Assembly (NCBI GenBank): GCA_009783265.1
Contig: WRHM01000002.1
Span: 94,564-158,563 of the forward strand
Length of the DNA stretch: 64,000 bases
Direction: 5' to 3'
Source of the DNA: Oscillospiraceae bacterium
GTDB taxonomy: Bacteria; Bacillota; Clostridia; Oscillospirales; WRJC01
The translations under genes were made by a program, and so were the position numbers. Of this stretch, positions 47,735 to 56,946 are shown in pieces. A model generated the notes under the pieces. That model did not search any database and was not told the origin of the DNA. It saw only the letters and a program-made list of their open reading frames with translations. Position 1 is the first letter of the stretch; each line of letters starts with the position of its first letter.

Positions 47735-50521
47735 ATGGGATTAATCAAAAGTATTTTCGGCACATATTCATCACGTCAATTAAAAAAAATCGAGCCGATT
47801 TGTCAAAAAGTTGATGCGCTTGCCGATAAATATAAAAATATGAGCGATGAAGAATTGCAAAATACTACAAATATATTAAAACAACGGTTATCAAGCGGAG
47901 AAACCCTCGACGATATTTTACCTGAAGCTTACGCCGCAGTCGTTGAAACATCGGACAGGGTTTTGCATAAACGTCTTTTCAGAGTACAGGTAATCACAGG
48001 TATTATCTTACATCAGGGTAGAATAGCCGAAATGAAAACCGGAGAGGGGAAAACTTTCGTTTCAGCCCTGCCCGGTTACTTGAACGCTTTGACAGGCGAA
48101 GGCGTGCATATCGTCACGGTCAACGATTATCTTGCCCGTGTAGGAAGCGAAGAAATAGGCAAAATATATAATTTTTTAGGAATGAGCGTAGGGCTTATAG
48201 TTCATGATTTATCAAAAAAAGAACGTCAGGCAGCATATAATGCCGATATAACTTACGGCACGAACAACGAAATGGGATTTGACTATCTCAGGGACAATTT
48301 GGCTATATATAAAGAAGAAATGGTGCAAAGAGGACACCCTTTCGCAATCGTAGACGAGGTTGACTCTATATTGATAGACGAAGCGAGAACTCCCCTTATT
48401 ATATCGGGACAAGGCGACAAATCGACAGATTTATACGAAAAGACAGATAAACTTGTAAAAAAAATGAGAATGTTTAAAATAAAAGAAATGGAAGACAAAG
48501 AATCTTATGACGACGTAAAAGAAGATTATATTGTCGATGAAAAAGCGAAAACGGCTGTTTTAACAAAACACGGCATAAAAAAAGCCGAGGAATATTTCGG
48601 AATAGAAAATTTATCAGACCCGGAAAATACTGAAATAAACCATCATGTCAGCATTGCTATAAAAGCTATGGGAGTTTACCAAAACGAAGTTGATTATGTT
48701 ATTAAAGATAATCAGGTAATAATTGTAGATTCTTTTACAGGGCGTTTAATGCCGGGCAGAAGATGGTCCGACGGCCAGCATCAGGCTATCGAAGCAAAAG
48801 AAGGTGTAAAAATTGAGAGGGAAAGTAAAACCCAAGCGACTATAACTTTCCAGAATTATTTCAGGTTATATAAAAAACTTTCGGGTATGACCGGTACTGC
48901 TTTAACGGAAGATAGCGAATTCAGGGAAATATATAATCTCGACGTTGTCGAAATTCCAACAAATAAACCGATGATAAGAATTAATCATAACGACGTAGTT
49001 TATACTTCTATAACAGGCAAATATAAAGCGATTATAGAACAAATAAAAGAATGCCACGAAAAAGGCCAGCCGGTACTTATCGGTACGGTTTCAGTCGATA
49101 AATCTGAATTTCTTTCGAATATACTCAAAAAAGTTGGAATAAAGCATAATGTTTTAAATGCCAAATATCATGAAAAAGAAGCTGAAATTGTCGCGCAAGC
49201 CGGAAGATTGGGAGCAGTTACTATTTCAACTAATATGGCAGGCAGAGGAACGGATATTAAACTCGGCGGCGATTCTGAAATGATGGCAAAACAGGAAATG
49301 CGAAAAGAAATAGATCCCGATACAAATGAAAACTTCACAGAAGACGATATAATAAACGCCGTGAGTTTCTTCCAGACAGACGATGAAAAAATACTCGCAA
49401 ACAGAAAACATGTTCAAGAGCTTATAGAAAAATTCGAAGAAATGATAGAGCCTGAAAAGAAACAAGTTATAAAAGCGGGAGGGCTATATATTCTCGGCAC
49501 AGAAAGGCACGAGAGCCGGAGAATAGATAATCAGCTGCGCGGGCGTTCAGGACGTCAGGGAGACCCCGGCGAAGCAAGATTTTTTTTATCTCTCGAAGAT
49601 GATTTGATGCGCCTTTTCGGGAGCGACAGAGTATTGGGGATAGCTTCAAAAATTGGCGAAGATGTGCCTATTGATTTAAAAATTTTATCCAATTCAATCG
49701 AAGGAGCTCAGAAAAGACTTGAGGGAAACAATTTTGAACGCCGTAAAAATGTTTTGCGTTATGACGACGTGATGAACCAGCAGAGAAAAATTATATACGC
49801 GCAAAGAAAAGAAGTTTTGGACGGCGTTGATTTAAAAAATAAAGTTTTAAGTATGATAAGCGAGACAATAAACAATGCAGTCGATGAATATTGTTCGGGC
49901 GATGAAATTTCTGACTGGAATTTTGACGGATTGCGCGCGCATTTTACAGAATATAGATTAACTGATAAAAATGATTTTATATTTAAAAATCCTGAAGAAA
50001 AAATTAACCTGACGGCTGAAAATATAAAAGAAATGCTTATAAGCCGGGCTGAAAAAAAATATGACGAAAAAGAAAATATATTTGATGAATTTTTCGGCAA
50101 ACAAGATACTATGCGTGAAATCGAACGCGTTATATTATTGCGCGTCGTTGACGAAAACTGGATGGAGCATATCGACGCAATGCAGGATATGCAGGGTTCT
50201 ATAGGGCTTCGCGCTTATGCGCAGAGAGACCCGATCATAGATTTCAGAATGGAAGGCGCGGATATGTTTGACGCTATAATTCAAAATATTAAAGAAGCGA
50301 CTGTAAGAAATATCATGAATGTAATGCCTCGAAAAGAATCAATACAAAGGGTTCAGGTAGCAAAAGGAAATATCGAATCTGTCGGAGGCGACGCCGCGTC
50401 TATGAAAAAAAAGCCCATTGTGAAAAACAAAAGCGAAAAAGTCGGTCGGAACGACCCGTGTCCGTGTGGAAGCGGCAAAAAATACAAAAAATGCTGCGGG
50501 ATGAACGCTGATTTGGCTTAG
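47735..50521 (+). CDS. secA: Preprotein translocase subunit SecA.
   Basis: DEAD-like motor. Walker A GEGKT. Preprotein cross-linking and helical scaffold domains. C-terminal zinc-binding tail CPCGSGKKYKKCCG. 928 aa. Confidence 0.95.
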   Translation: MGLIKSIFGTYSSRQLKKIEPICQKVDALADKYKNMSDEELQNTTNILKQRLSSGETLDDILPEAYAAVVETSDRVLHKRLFRVQVITGIILHQGRIAEMKTGEGKTFVSALPGYLNALTGEGVHIVTVNDYLARVGSEEIGKIYNFLGMSVGLIVHDLSKKERQAAYNADITYGTNNEMGFDYLRDNLAIYKEEMVQRGHPFAIVDEVDSILIDEARTPLIISGQGDKSTDLYEKTDKLVKKMRMFKIKEMEDKESYDDVKEDYIVDEKAKTAVLTKHGIKKAEEYFGIENLSDPENTEINHHVSIAIKAMGVYQNEVDYVIKDNQVIIVDSFTGRLMPGRRWSDGQHQAIEAKEGVKIERESKTQATITFQNYFRLYKKLSGMTGTALTEDSEFREIYNLDVVEIPTNKPMIRINHNDVVYTSITGKYKAIIEQIKECHEKGQPVLIGTVSVDKSEFLSNILKKVGIKHNVLNAKYHEKEAEIVAQAGRLGAVTISTNMAGRGTDIKLGGDSEMMAKQEMRKEIDPDTNENFTEDDIINAVSFFQTDDEKILANRKHVQELIEKFEEMIEPEKKQVIKAGGLYILGTERHESRRIDNQLRGRSGRQGDPGEARFFLSLEDDLMRLFGSDRVLGIASKIGEDVPIDLKILSNSIEGAQKRLEGNNFERRKNVLRYDDVMNQQRKIIYAQRKEVLDGVDLKNKVLSMISETINNAVDEYCSGDEISDWNFDGLRAHFTEYRLTDKNDFIFKNPEEKINLTAENIKEMLISRAEKKYDEKENIFDEFFGKQDTMREIERVILLRVVDENWMEHIDAMQDMQGSIGLRAYAQRDPIIDFRMEGADMFDAIIQNIKEATVRNIMNVMPRKESIQRVQVAKGNIESVGGDAASMKKKPIVKNKSEKVGRNDPCPCGSGKKYKKCCGMNADLA

Positions 50522-50552
50522 TTTGTAAAATAATAAATAAGGATAAAATTAT

Positions 50553-51149
50553 ATGGGATTTGGATTATTATTATTAGGTTATATTACGGTTTTAGGCGTT
50601 TTACCGGAATCTTTTATATATTACAGTTACGGGATTTATATAGCGATAACCGGCGGGATTATAATGCTTATGGGATTTTGCAAACTTGAAGAATTTAACG
50701 TTTATTTTAAATTCATGAAATATGTCACTATAATTTATATTTTAATTCTATTGGGATTTTCGCCGTTTTTGATCATTAATTTTAGTGAAGAATTTTTCAT
50801 AAAATTTATTATTGTATCAAAAATAATCAGGATAAGTTTTTTATTTGTTTTTCACTTTTATTTATTATCGGGAATATTAGCCCTTTCAAAAGAAATAAAT
50901 AATATTATAATCGAAAAAAAGGCAAAAAGAAATATTTTTATAACTTATATATTTTTCGCATCTTTTATTTTCGAGCTTTTTAATATGCCAGTAATCGCTC
51001 CGTTTATGACTATTCTGGGTTTAATTTATTTTGTTATAATTATATCGATATTATACAGTTGTTATATGCGTATAACATATAAAGGGCACGACGAGGCAAT
51101 CGAAGCAAAATATAAAATCAAAAAAGTGAATTCAAAAAAAAAGAGGTGA
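50553..51149 (+). CDS. Hypothetical polytopic membrane protein (198 aa).
   Basis: Five or six hydrophobic helices. Starts 32 nt after secA. Confidence 0.45.
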   Translation: MGFGLLLLGYITVLGVLPESFIYYSYGIYIAITGGIIMLMGFCKLEEFNVYFKFMKYVTIIYILILLGFSPFLIINFSEEFFIKFIIVSKIIRISFLFVFHFYLLSGILALSKEINNIIIEKKAKRNIFITYIFFASFIFELFNMPVIAPFMTILGLIYFVIIISILYSCYMRITYKGHDEAIEAKYKIKKVNSKKKR

Positions 51150-51158
51150 ACACAAAAT

Positions 51159-52523
51159 TTGGAACTTGATACGAAATATATATCCGGGAAAAAATTATTT
51201 GATTTTAAGTTTATCGCAATCGGATTGATATTTTTAATCGATTTTAACATAAATACAATAGATATTCTTCCCGACTTTATCGCTTTGATTTTAATATCGG
51301 CAGGATTGGGAAAATCATGGTATGCAAACGAAAATTTATCAAAAGCCAAAAACTATATAAATATTTTTTATATAGTCGCAATATCAAAATTTATCTGGAA
51401 TATAATTTATTTTGTTTTAGGGCCCAGAACTTTTGATAATAGCTTTATATTGCTTTTTACTACTTTATTTTCGATTTTAGAATTAATTTTTAGTATTTTG
51501 ATATTTACAAATATTTTTAATGGGCTTGATATTTTTTTTCAATTGAGCGATAGAATATCTCACGCGAAAAAAATCGAGCCTATGCTAAAATTTTTAAGAT
51601 TATTTATAATTTTAAAATTTATTTTAACAATAATCACTCAAATCCCGGTGTTACTTACTGAAACTACATGGGATAATTTAAGCATGATTTTCGATATGTA
51701 TTTAGATGCTGATTTTGTCAAAAATATATTAAATCCTCCATGTTTTATAATACAGACATTAATCGGATTATTTTTGTTGTCTTTTATTATACCGTTTTTT
51801 TTCGAAATTGCAAAAGATAAAAATCTTTATGATTATATTAAATCAAAAATAAATCATATACTTATAAACGATAATTTTTTTATTATTAAAAAAACTTTAA
51901 ATATTGCGTTTATATTTTTTATAATAAGCTGTATATTTTTTATTGATTTTCAAATCGATAATATAAACTTTTTACCGGATTTTATTATATGCGTATTTTT
52001 TATATTGGGAATTTTTATGATTTTAAAAATAAATCCCGAAATAAAAAACAAAAAACTTAATATTTATATATTTATAAATTTATTCATTTCAGTTTTTTCT
52101 TATATAACCGGGACAATATATAAAATCCAAGCGATTAACAGTTTTATCGGCGAAAACGTAATTTTATTAAATATTTTAAAATTTTCATATAATATTTCTT
52201 TTAATATATCCGTTATAATATTCTTTTTAATATTTATAGAATTTTATAATTTTATAAAAAATCTTCAACGCAAACATCTTGAATTTTCTATAAGATATTT
52301 GAATAAATATATCACTTTATCCGAAAAAAATTTAGATAAAAATAAAAATAATATTATAAAAATAACGTCTGTTGTATTTTGCGTTAAAATTATATCGCCT
52401 GTTTTGCCGCAATTAGGAGTTATTATATTTTTTCAGTCTTTAATTTTTGGCGTTTTTGTTTTTTTTATAATAAAAGGACTGTATTCAATAAAAGATTCTA
52501 TTTATTCGTATTATAATAAATAA
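51159..52523 (+). CDS. Hypothetical polytopic membrane protein (about 454 aa, at least 10 TM). Probable TTG start.
   Basis: Extremely hydrophobic Phe/Ile/Leu-rich ORF. 10-nt gap from the previous membrane protein. No catalytic motifs recognised. Confidence 0.45.
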   Translation: MELDTKYISGKKLFDFKFIAIGLIFLIDFNINTIDILPDFIALILISAGLGKSWYANENLSKAKNYINIFYIVAISKFIWNIIYFVLGPRTFDNSFILLFTTLFSILELIFSILIFTNIFNGLDIFFQLSDRISHAKKIEPMLKFLRLFIILKFILTIITQIPVLLTETTWDNLSMIFDMYLDADFVKNILNPPCFIIQTLIGLFLLSFIIPFFFEIAKDKNLYDYIKSKINHILINDNFFIIKKTLNIAFIFFIISCIFFIDFQIDNINFLPDFIICVFFILGIFMILKINPEIKNKKLNIYIFINLFISVFSYITGTIYKIQAINSFIGENVILLNILKFSYNISFNISVIIFFLIFIEFYNFIKNLQRKHLEFSIRYLNKYITLSEKNLDKNKNNIIKITSVVFCVKIISPVLPQLGVIIFFQSLIFGVFVFFIIKGLYSIKDSIYSYYNK

Positions 52524-52578
52524 AAATAAAACACAAGAAAATAAAAGAAATCAAAAAATTGAAAGAATTATTTTATAT

Positions 52579-53991
52579 ATGAACTTTCCCGTAAAATCAA
52601 TAAAAGTTAAAATACATAATTTTTTCGCGGACAGCGATAACAAATTAATTTTTCCTATGTTTTTCCCTATTTTAATCGAACAATTTATTTTGGTTATGAT
52701 GGGTACGGTTCATTCGCTTATGCTTGCAAGAATAAAAACGGACGCTGAATATATTATTTCGGCTGTAAGTCTTGTAGAACAAATAAATCAACTTGCCTAT
52801 GCTCTTTTAGGAAGCGTTTCTCTCGGAGCCACTGTTATTATAAGCCAATATATAGGTGCAGGAAAATTTTCATCAGCCAAAAACACGGCCGAACAAGCTG
52901 TGTTAACCGGATTTATTCTTGCTTTAGCGATTACTTTTATTTTTATATTTTGGGGAAAAGAAATTTTCATTATTTTTTTAGGAAAAGATAAAGTTGAAGA
53001 GAATCCCGGAATTGTTATTATATTTGAGTATTCTATGAAATACATGCGCTTGAATGTTATATCCTACCCTTTATTAAATATAAGTAATATTGCCGCAGGA
53101 ATAATAAGAGGCGCAGGAGACGTAAAAAGCCCGATGAGAATTTCTATAGTAATCGGTATAATTAACGTTATTGCGGCTGGGATTTGCATATATATTTTAA
53201 ATTTAAATATTATAGGCGCGGGTATCGCAAGCATTGTTTCAAGATTTTTCGGAGCGATTATCTCTGTTATACTGCTCGTAAAAAAAGGGTTTATAACTAA
53301 ATTTGAAAATTTAATTAAACCCAAACTTTTATATATAAAGAAAATAATGATAATAGGGATTTTTCAAAGCATAGAAAATTTGATATTTCAATTTGGCAGA
53401 ACTATTACATACAGGTATTTCAACGGAAATAATCACATAGCGGCAAACAGTATCGCAAATAATATATTTAGTATAATAAGCGCGCCCGGAAATAGTATGT
53501 CGATAGTATCAATGGCTCTTATAGGACGGCTTACGGGAGCGGGAGAAAAAAAGCAGTCTTATAAAATTTTACGCAATATAATATTTATATCTATGATTTT
53601 ATTATTATTGACGCATATAATATTGCTGCCTTTTTTTCCGTTTTTGGTTTCGTTTTATACAGGTAATTTCGATACAGAAAATTTAAAAGCAATAAACGGG
53701 CTTATATATAAACTTATATTTTTAAATTTTATATTTATGCCGATTTTTTGGCCTGCTTCGTTTGTGCTTTTCGCCGGAATGAAAGGAGCGGGAGATGTAC
53801 GGTTTACTACTGTTATTTCGATAATCAGTATGTGGTTTGTGCGGGTTTTATTGGCGTATATACTTGGAAATTTGTTAAAAATGGGCGTAGTGGGAGTTTG
53901 GTTCGGGATGTTTTTTGACTGGATTTTCAGAACAGTTTTTGCGGTAGTAAGATTTAAAAACAAAAAATGGCAGGAAAAATCCGCGATATAA
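52579..53991 (+). CDS. MATE family efflux transporter.
   Basis: 12-TM protein with two MatE repeats (LIEQFILVMMGTV ... GAGDVKSPM ... GAGDVRFTT). 470 aa. Confidence 0.8.
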   Translation: MNFPVKSIKVKIHNFFADSDNKLIFPMFFPILIEQFILVMMGTVHSLMLARIKTDAEYIISAVSLVEQINQLAYALLGSVSLGATVIISQYIGAGKFSSAKNTAEQAVLTGFILALAITFIFIFWGKEIFIIFLGKDKVEENPGIVIIFEYSMKYMRLNVISYPLLNISNIAAGIIRGAGDVKSPMRISIVIGIINVIAAGICIYILNLNIIGAGIASIVSRFFGAIISVILLVKKGFITKFENLIKPKLLYIKKIMIIGIFQSIENLIFQFGRTITYRYFNGNNHIAANSIANNIFSIISAPGNSMSIVSMALIGRLTGAGEKKQSYKILRNIIFISMILLLLTHIILLPFFPFLVSFYTGNFDTENLKAINGLIYKLIFLNFIFMPIFWPASFVLFAGMKGAGDVRFTTVISIISMWFVRVLLAYILGNLLKMGVVGVWFGMFFDWIFRTVFAVVRFKNKKWQEKSAI

Positions 53992-54036
53992 ATTATTTAA
54001 TAATTATATTTATATTAAAAAGAGAGGAAAAAATAT

Positions 54037-54738
54037 ATGCTTGAACTTGTTATTTTTGATATGGACGGCGTATTGGTCGATTCAGAGCCCGCGATTACGC
54101 AGGCTTCGATTGAATCGTTAAAAGAAACTTTTGGAATTACGCCAAAACATTCGGATTTCAAAGAATTCACAGGAATGGGCGACGATAAATTTATTCAGGG
54201 TGTCGCTGAAAAATACGGTAAATCATATAACGAAAATTTAAAATTAAGGGCTTATGAAATATATACGGCGAAAAAAAACAGGGTAAAAGTATTTTCGCGG
54301 GCAAAAAAATTAATACATAATTTATATAATATAAATTTAAAATGCGCCGTCGCTTCCGCTTCAGATTTAGTGAAAGTTAAAGTTAATATCAAAAAAATAA
54401 AACTCGGCAAATCAATTAAAATAATTACAACGGAAAATAATATAGAACAAAAAGTAAACCGTCCATTATATATCATAACCGGAACAGACGTGAAAAATAA
54501 AAAACCCGACCCGGAAATATTTTTAAAAGCGGCTGAAACTGCGGGAATATTTCCTGAAAATACAATTGTAATCGAGGACGCAATCAGCGGGGTTAAAGCC
54601 GCCAAAGCGGCAGGTATGACCTGTATCGCCGTAACTACGTCGTTTAATAAAAAAGTTTTGTTTGAAGCCGGAGCTGATTATGTCGTAAATAAATTGTACG
54701 ACGCGTTTGATATAGTAAGAAATATTAAAAACACATAA
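54037..54738 (+). CDS. HAD family hydrolase (beta-phosphoglucomutase/phosphatase-like).
   Basis: Motif I DMDGVL, motif II (VASASD) and the C-terminal VIEDAISGVKAAKAAGM. 233 aa. Confidence 0.75.
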   Translation: MLELVIFDMDGVLVDSEPAITQASIESLKETFGITPKHSDFKEFTGMGDDKFIQGVAEKYGKSYNENLKLRAYEIYTAKKNRVKVFSRAKKLIHNLYNINLKCAVASASDLVKVKVNIKKIKLGKSIKIITTENNIEQKVNRPLYIITGTDVKNKKPDPEIFLKAAETAGIFPENTIVIEDAISGVKAAKAAGMTCIAVTTSFNKKVLFEAGADYVVNKLYDAFDIVRNIKNT

Positions 54739-54775
54739 AAAAGCCCTCTTTAGCGCGAAAGCGCGTAAAGGGGGT
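54736..54775 (-). terminator. Composite hairpin. An outer stem CCCTCTTT/AAAGGGGG encloses a GCGC-GAAA-GCGC tetraloop hairpin, with an A-run upstream. On the minus strand this reads as an intrinsic terminator.
   Basis: Seen in the sequence. GC-rich in an AT-rich background. Confidence 0.45.
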
Positions 54776-54846
54776 GGCACGCAGTGCCGGGGGATTCCGG
54801 ATTTGATGTTGTTCGGGGGAGAATCACCCGCCGCCTGCGGACGGCA

Positions 54847-54872
54847 CCCCCTTCTGAGAAGGGGGCTTTTTT
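54847..54872 (+). terminator. Intrinsic terminator CCCCCTTC-tga-GAAGGGGG followed by TTTTTT.
   Basis: Perfect 8-bp GC stem plus a U-run on the plus strand. It lies 20 nt from the stop of the convergent minus-strand sigma gene. Confidence 0.55.
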
Positions 54873-54891
54873 GTGTAAATTTTTATATAAA

Positions 54892-56517
54892 TTATTCCGG
54901 CAACGTATCGCAAAACATTATCGTGTTGACCGAATGCTTTTGATTTTCCGTGAGTGGTTTGAGCGTGCCGTTTGCGAGGAGAATTTCAAGAACATACGCT
55001 ACCATATTTTGATCTGACAGACAATTAGTACACCATGCGCGGTATAAATCATGCATGTGCGCAGGATATTGCGATTTTTCGAGATTATATATTTCTTTGT
55101 CAAATTCTTCGCCGATTAATTTAAGTTCTTCTGTCATCCCGGGCAACAAATTCTTAAAATCATTTTCAGAATCTTTGGAAATTATCATGTTGACATATTC
55201 CGAATCGTTTTTTTGTATTAAATAGCCTTTGTCAAACAACCGCTTAAATTTGTCGGCATATTCGGGTATTTTTGTGATTTTTCCGGCGATATATTCGTAA
55301 AGATATTCGTAATCCTCGGATTTATTTTCAATATAAGTATTCGGCCTGCTGTCATAATATGAATTAAGCTGCCATGAATTATATATATGTTCGCTGCTGC
55401 CTCTTGTCATATTATTTGGAACATTATATTTTTCTTCGTTATAATTTACTTTTATATCTTTTTTTACATATCCCAAAGCAATATATTCTCCGCCGTCCTT
55501 GCGTTTTACATTATAACGCGACAATGTTCCCCAATCAAACGGCGCTCTTAACATATATCTGCAAGAATATCCGATTATTGACCACATTAAAAAATTAAAA
55601 TCGTTTTCCGGAGTGTATATTTTCATTGATTTGTAATTTTTCATCGTATCAAATAACAACGGAATATATTTTTCGCAAATGACTTTTGCGTATTTTAAAA
55701 ATAGTTTATGTATTTCTTCCATCACTTCTTTTGACGGTTCTCTTATAAAAATATTTGTCTGGTATTTTCCGCCCGCAATTTTATCCAAAAAGCTGTAATC
55801 TTCAAGATACGCGACTTCGTCCTCGATAAAAGCCGCAGGCACTCCGAGTTCCTCAGCGATTTCTGTTATAGTTTTAGGTTCGTAATATGCGGCATACACT
55901 ACGTTTTGCGAGATAAGTTTTGATAAATAATACGATGTGTTTTTATTTTCGGGGCCGGGATTTCCGCTCATTCCAAAGTCTATTTTAACCGGATTCATTC
56001 CAAGATTTATTCTTTCACTCATTTTATTAATATCCTCCAATTTGTTTTTAAGTTGATTTCTGGCGTCGTGAAGATGCCATTTTACTGTTCCAAGCGGAAT
56101 ATTTAACCGTTCTGCTATTTCATATAACTTTAATTTTTGAAAATAGTGCATGACTATAATTTCCCGCTGGATTTTACCGAGATAGGAAATCTCTTTACGC
56201 AAACGGATATAATCTTCGTTTTTCTCAAAATCAATCGTAAAATCATTTTCGCACGGTATATTCACTTCGTCAAGTGAGATATATCTGCCTTTTATTTTTT
56301 CATTTACGAATCTTGCGTAGACATTACTTGCGACCCGATATATATAACCGTTGATGTTATACACTTCGCCGGCTTTTAATAACGAAGTGTAAACGTCAAA
56401 AGTTATCCTCGAAGCGAGTTCTTCAGCTTTGTCCGTGTTTATCGTTTTTGAGAGAGCGAACCCGAATATTTTTTGCATATATCCGGCGATGATTTCATCG
56501 ACATATTTTTTATCCAT
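54892..56517 (-). CDS. Sigma-70 family (ECF-like) sigma factor with a C-terminal extension of about 350 aa and unknown function.
   Basis: Region 2 DKAEELASRITFDVYTSLLKAGEVYNINGYIYRVASNVYARFVNE. Region 4 QREIIVMHYFQKLKLYEIAERLNIPLGTVKWHLHDARNQLK. The long C-terminal domain is soluble. Confidence 0.7.
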   Translation of the reverse strand: MDKKYVDEIIAGYMQKIFGFALSKTINTDKAEELASRITFDVYTSLLKAGEVYNINGYIYRVASNVYARFVNEKIKGRYISLDEVNIPCENDFTIDFEKNEDYIRLRKEISYLGKIQREIIVMHYFQKLKLYEIAERLNIPLGTVKWHLHDARNQLKNKLEDINKMSERINLGMNPVKIDFGMSGNPGPENKNTSYYLSKLISQNVVYAAYYEPKTITEIAEELGVPAAFIEDEVAYLEDYSFLDKIAGGKYQTNIFIREPSKEVMEEIHKLFLKYAKVICEKYIPLLFDTMKNYKSMKIYTPENDFNFLMWSIIGYSCRYMLRAPFDWGTLSRYNVKRKDGGEYIALGYVKKDIKVNYNEEKYNVPNNMTRGSSEHIYNSWQLNSYYDSRPNTYIENKSEDYEYLYEYIAGKITKIPEYADKFKRLFDKGYLIQKNDSEYVNMIISKDSENDFKNLLPGMTEELKLIGEEFDKEIYNLEKSQYPAHMHDLYRAWCTNCLSDQNMVAYVLEILLANGTLKPLTENQKHSVNTIMFCDTLPE

Positions 56518-56665
56518 TTTTTTGTTTAAATTCCTTTACGGTATTTGTATATATAGTGAAAACAATAAAAAAAAGGTTGGCGAAAACAAAAAATATTTTC
56601 CGGCATATTATAATAATAGACTTGCTGCGAAATTTATTTATATTTTCGCTGAGGTATAACTATCT

Positions 56666-56908
56666 TTGGAGGTGATATGTTTGCAAAAGCATATTATAAT
56701 ATTGACTTCCATAACATACGTAAACAAAGCAAAATATTTATTATCTGAAAACAATATTAAATCATATATAGTAAAAATGCGTACAACATTTGAACGGCGC
56801 GGCTGCGGATATGGTCTCAGTGTATCAGAAAATTGTTTATCGAATGCATTTTCTATATTAGAAAAATACAGGATAAAAATAGTTGAAGTAGTTGAAGATA
56901 TAGATTAA
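56666..56908 (+). CDS. DUF3343-like small protein (putative S/Se-carrier-like).
   Basis: About 80 aa. IILTSITYVNKAKYLLSENNI...RRGCGYGLSV matches the DUF3343 pattern. It sits immediately upstream of a class-V aminotransferase. Start codon uncertain (TTG at 56666 or GTG at 56672). Confidence 0.5.
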   Translation: MEVICLQKHIIILTSITYVNKAKYLLSENNIKSYIVKMRTTFERRGCGYGLSVSENCLSNAFSILEKYRIKIVEVVEDID

Positions 56909-56946
56909 ACTTGTATTTTATATTACCGGAGGAGCTTAGTATCGAT

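Noticed and set aside
54784-55017. 77-aa plus-strand ORF (MPGDSGFDVVRGRITRRLRTAPPSEKGAF...).
   Set aside because: It runs through the GC-rich hairpin and terminator cluster into the 3' end of the convergent sigma gene. The Arg/Gly/Pro-rich translation is a by-product of GC-rich structure, with no RBS.
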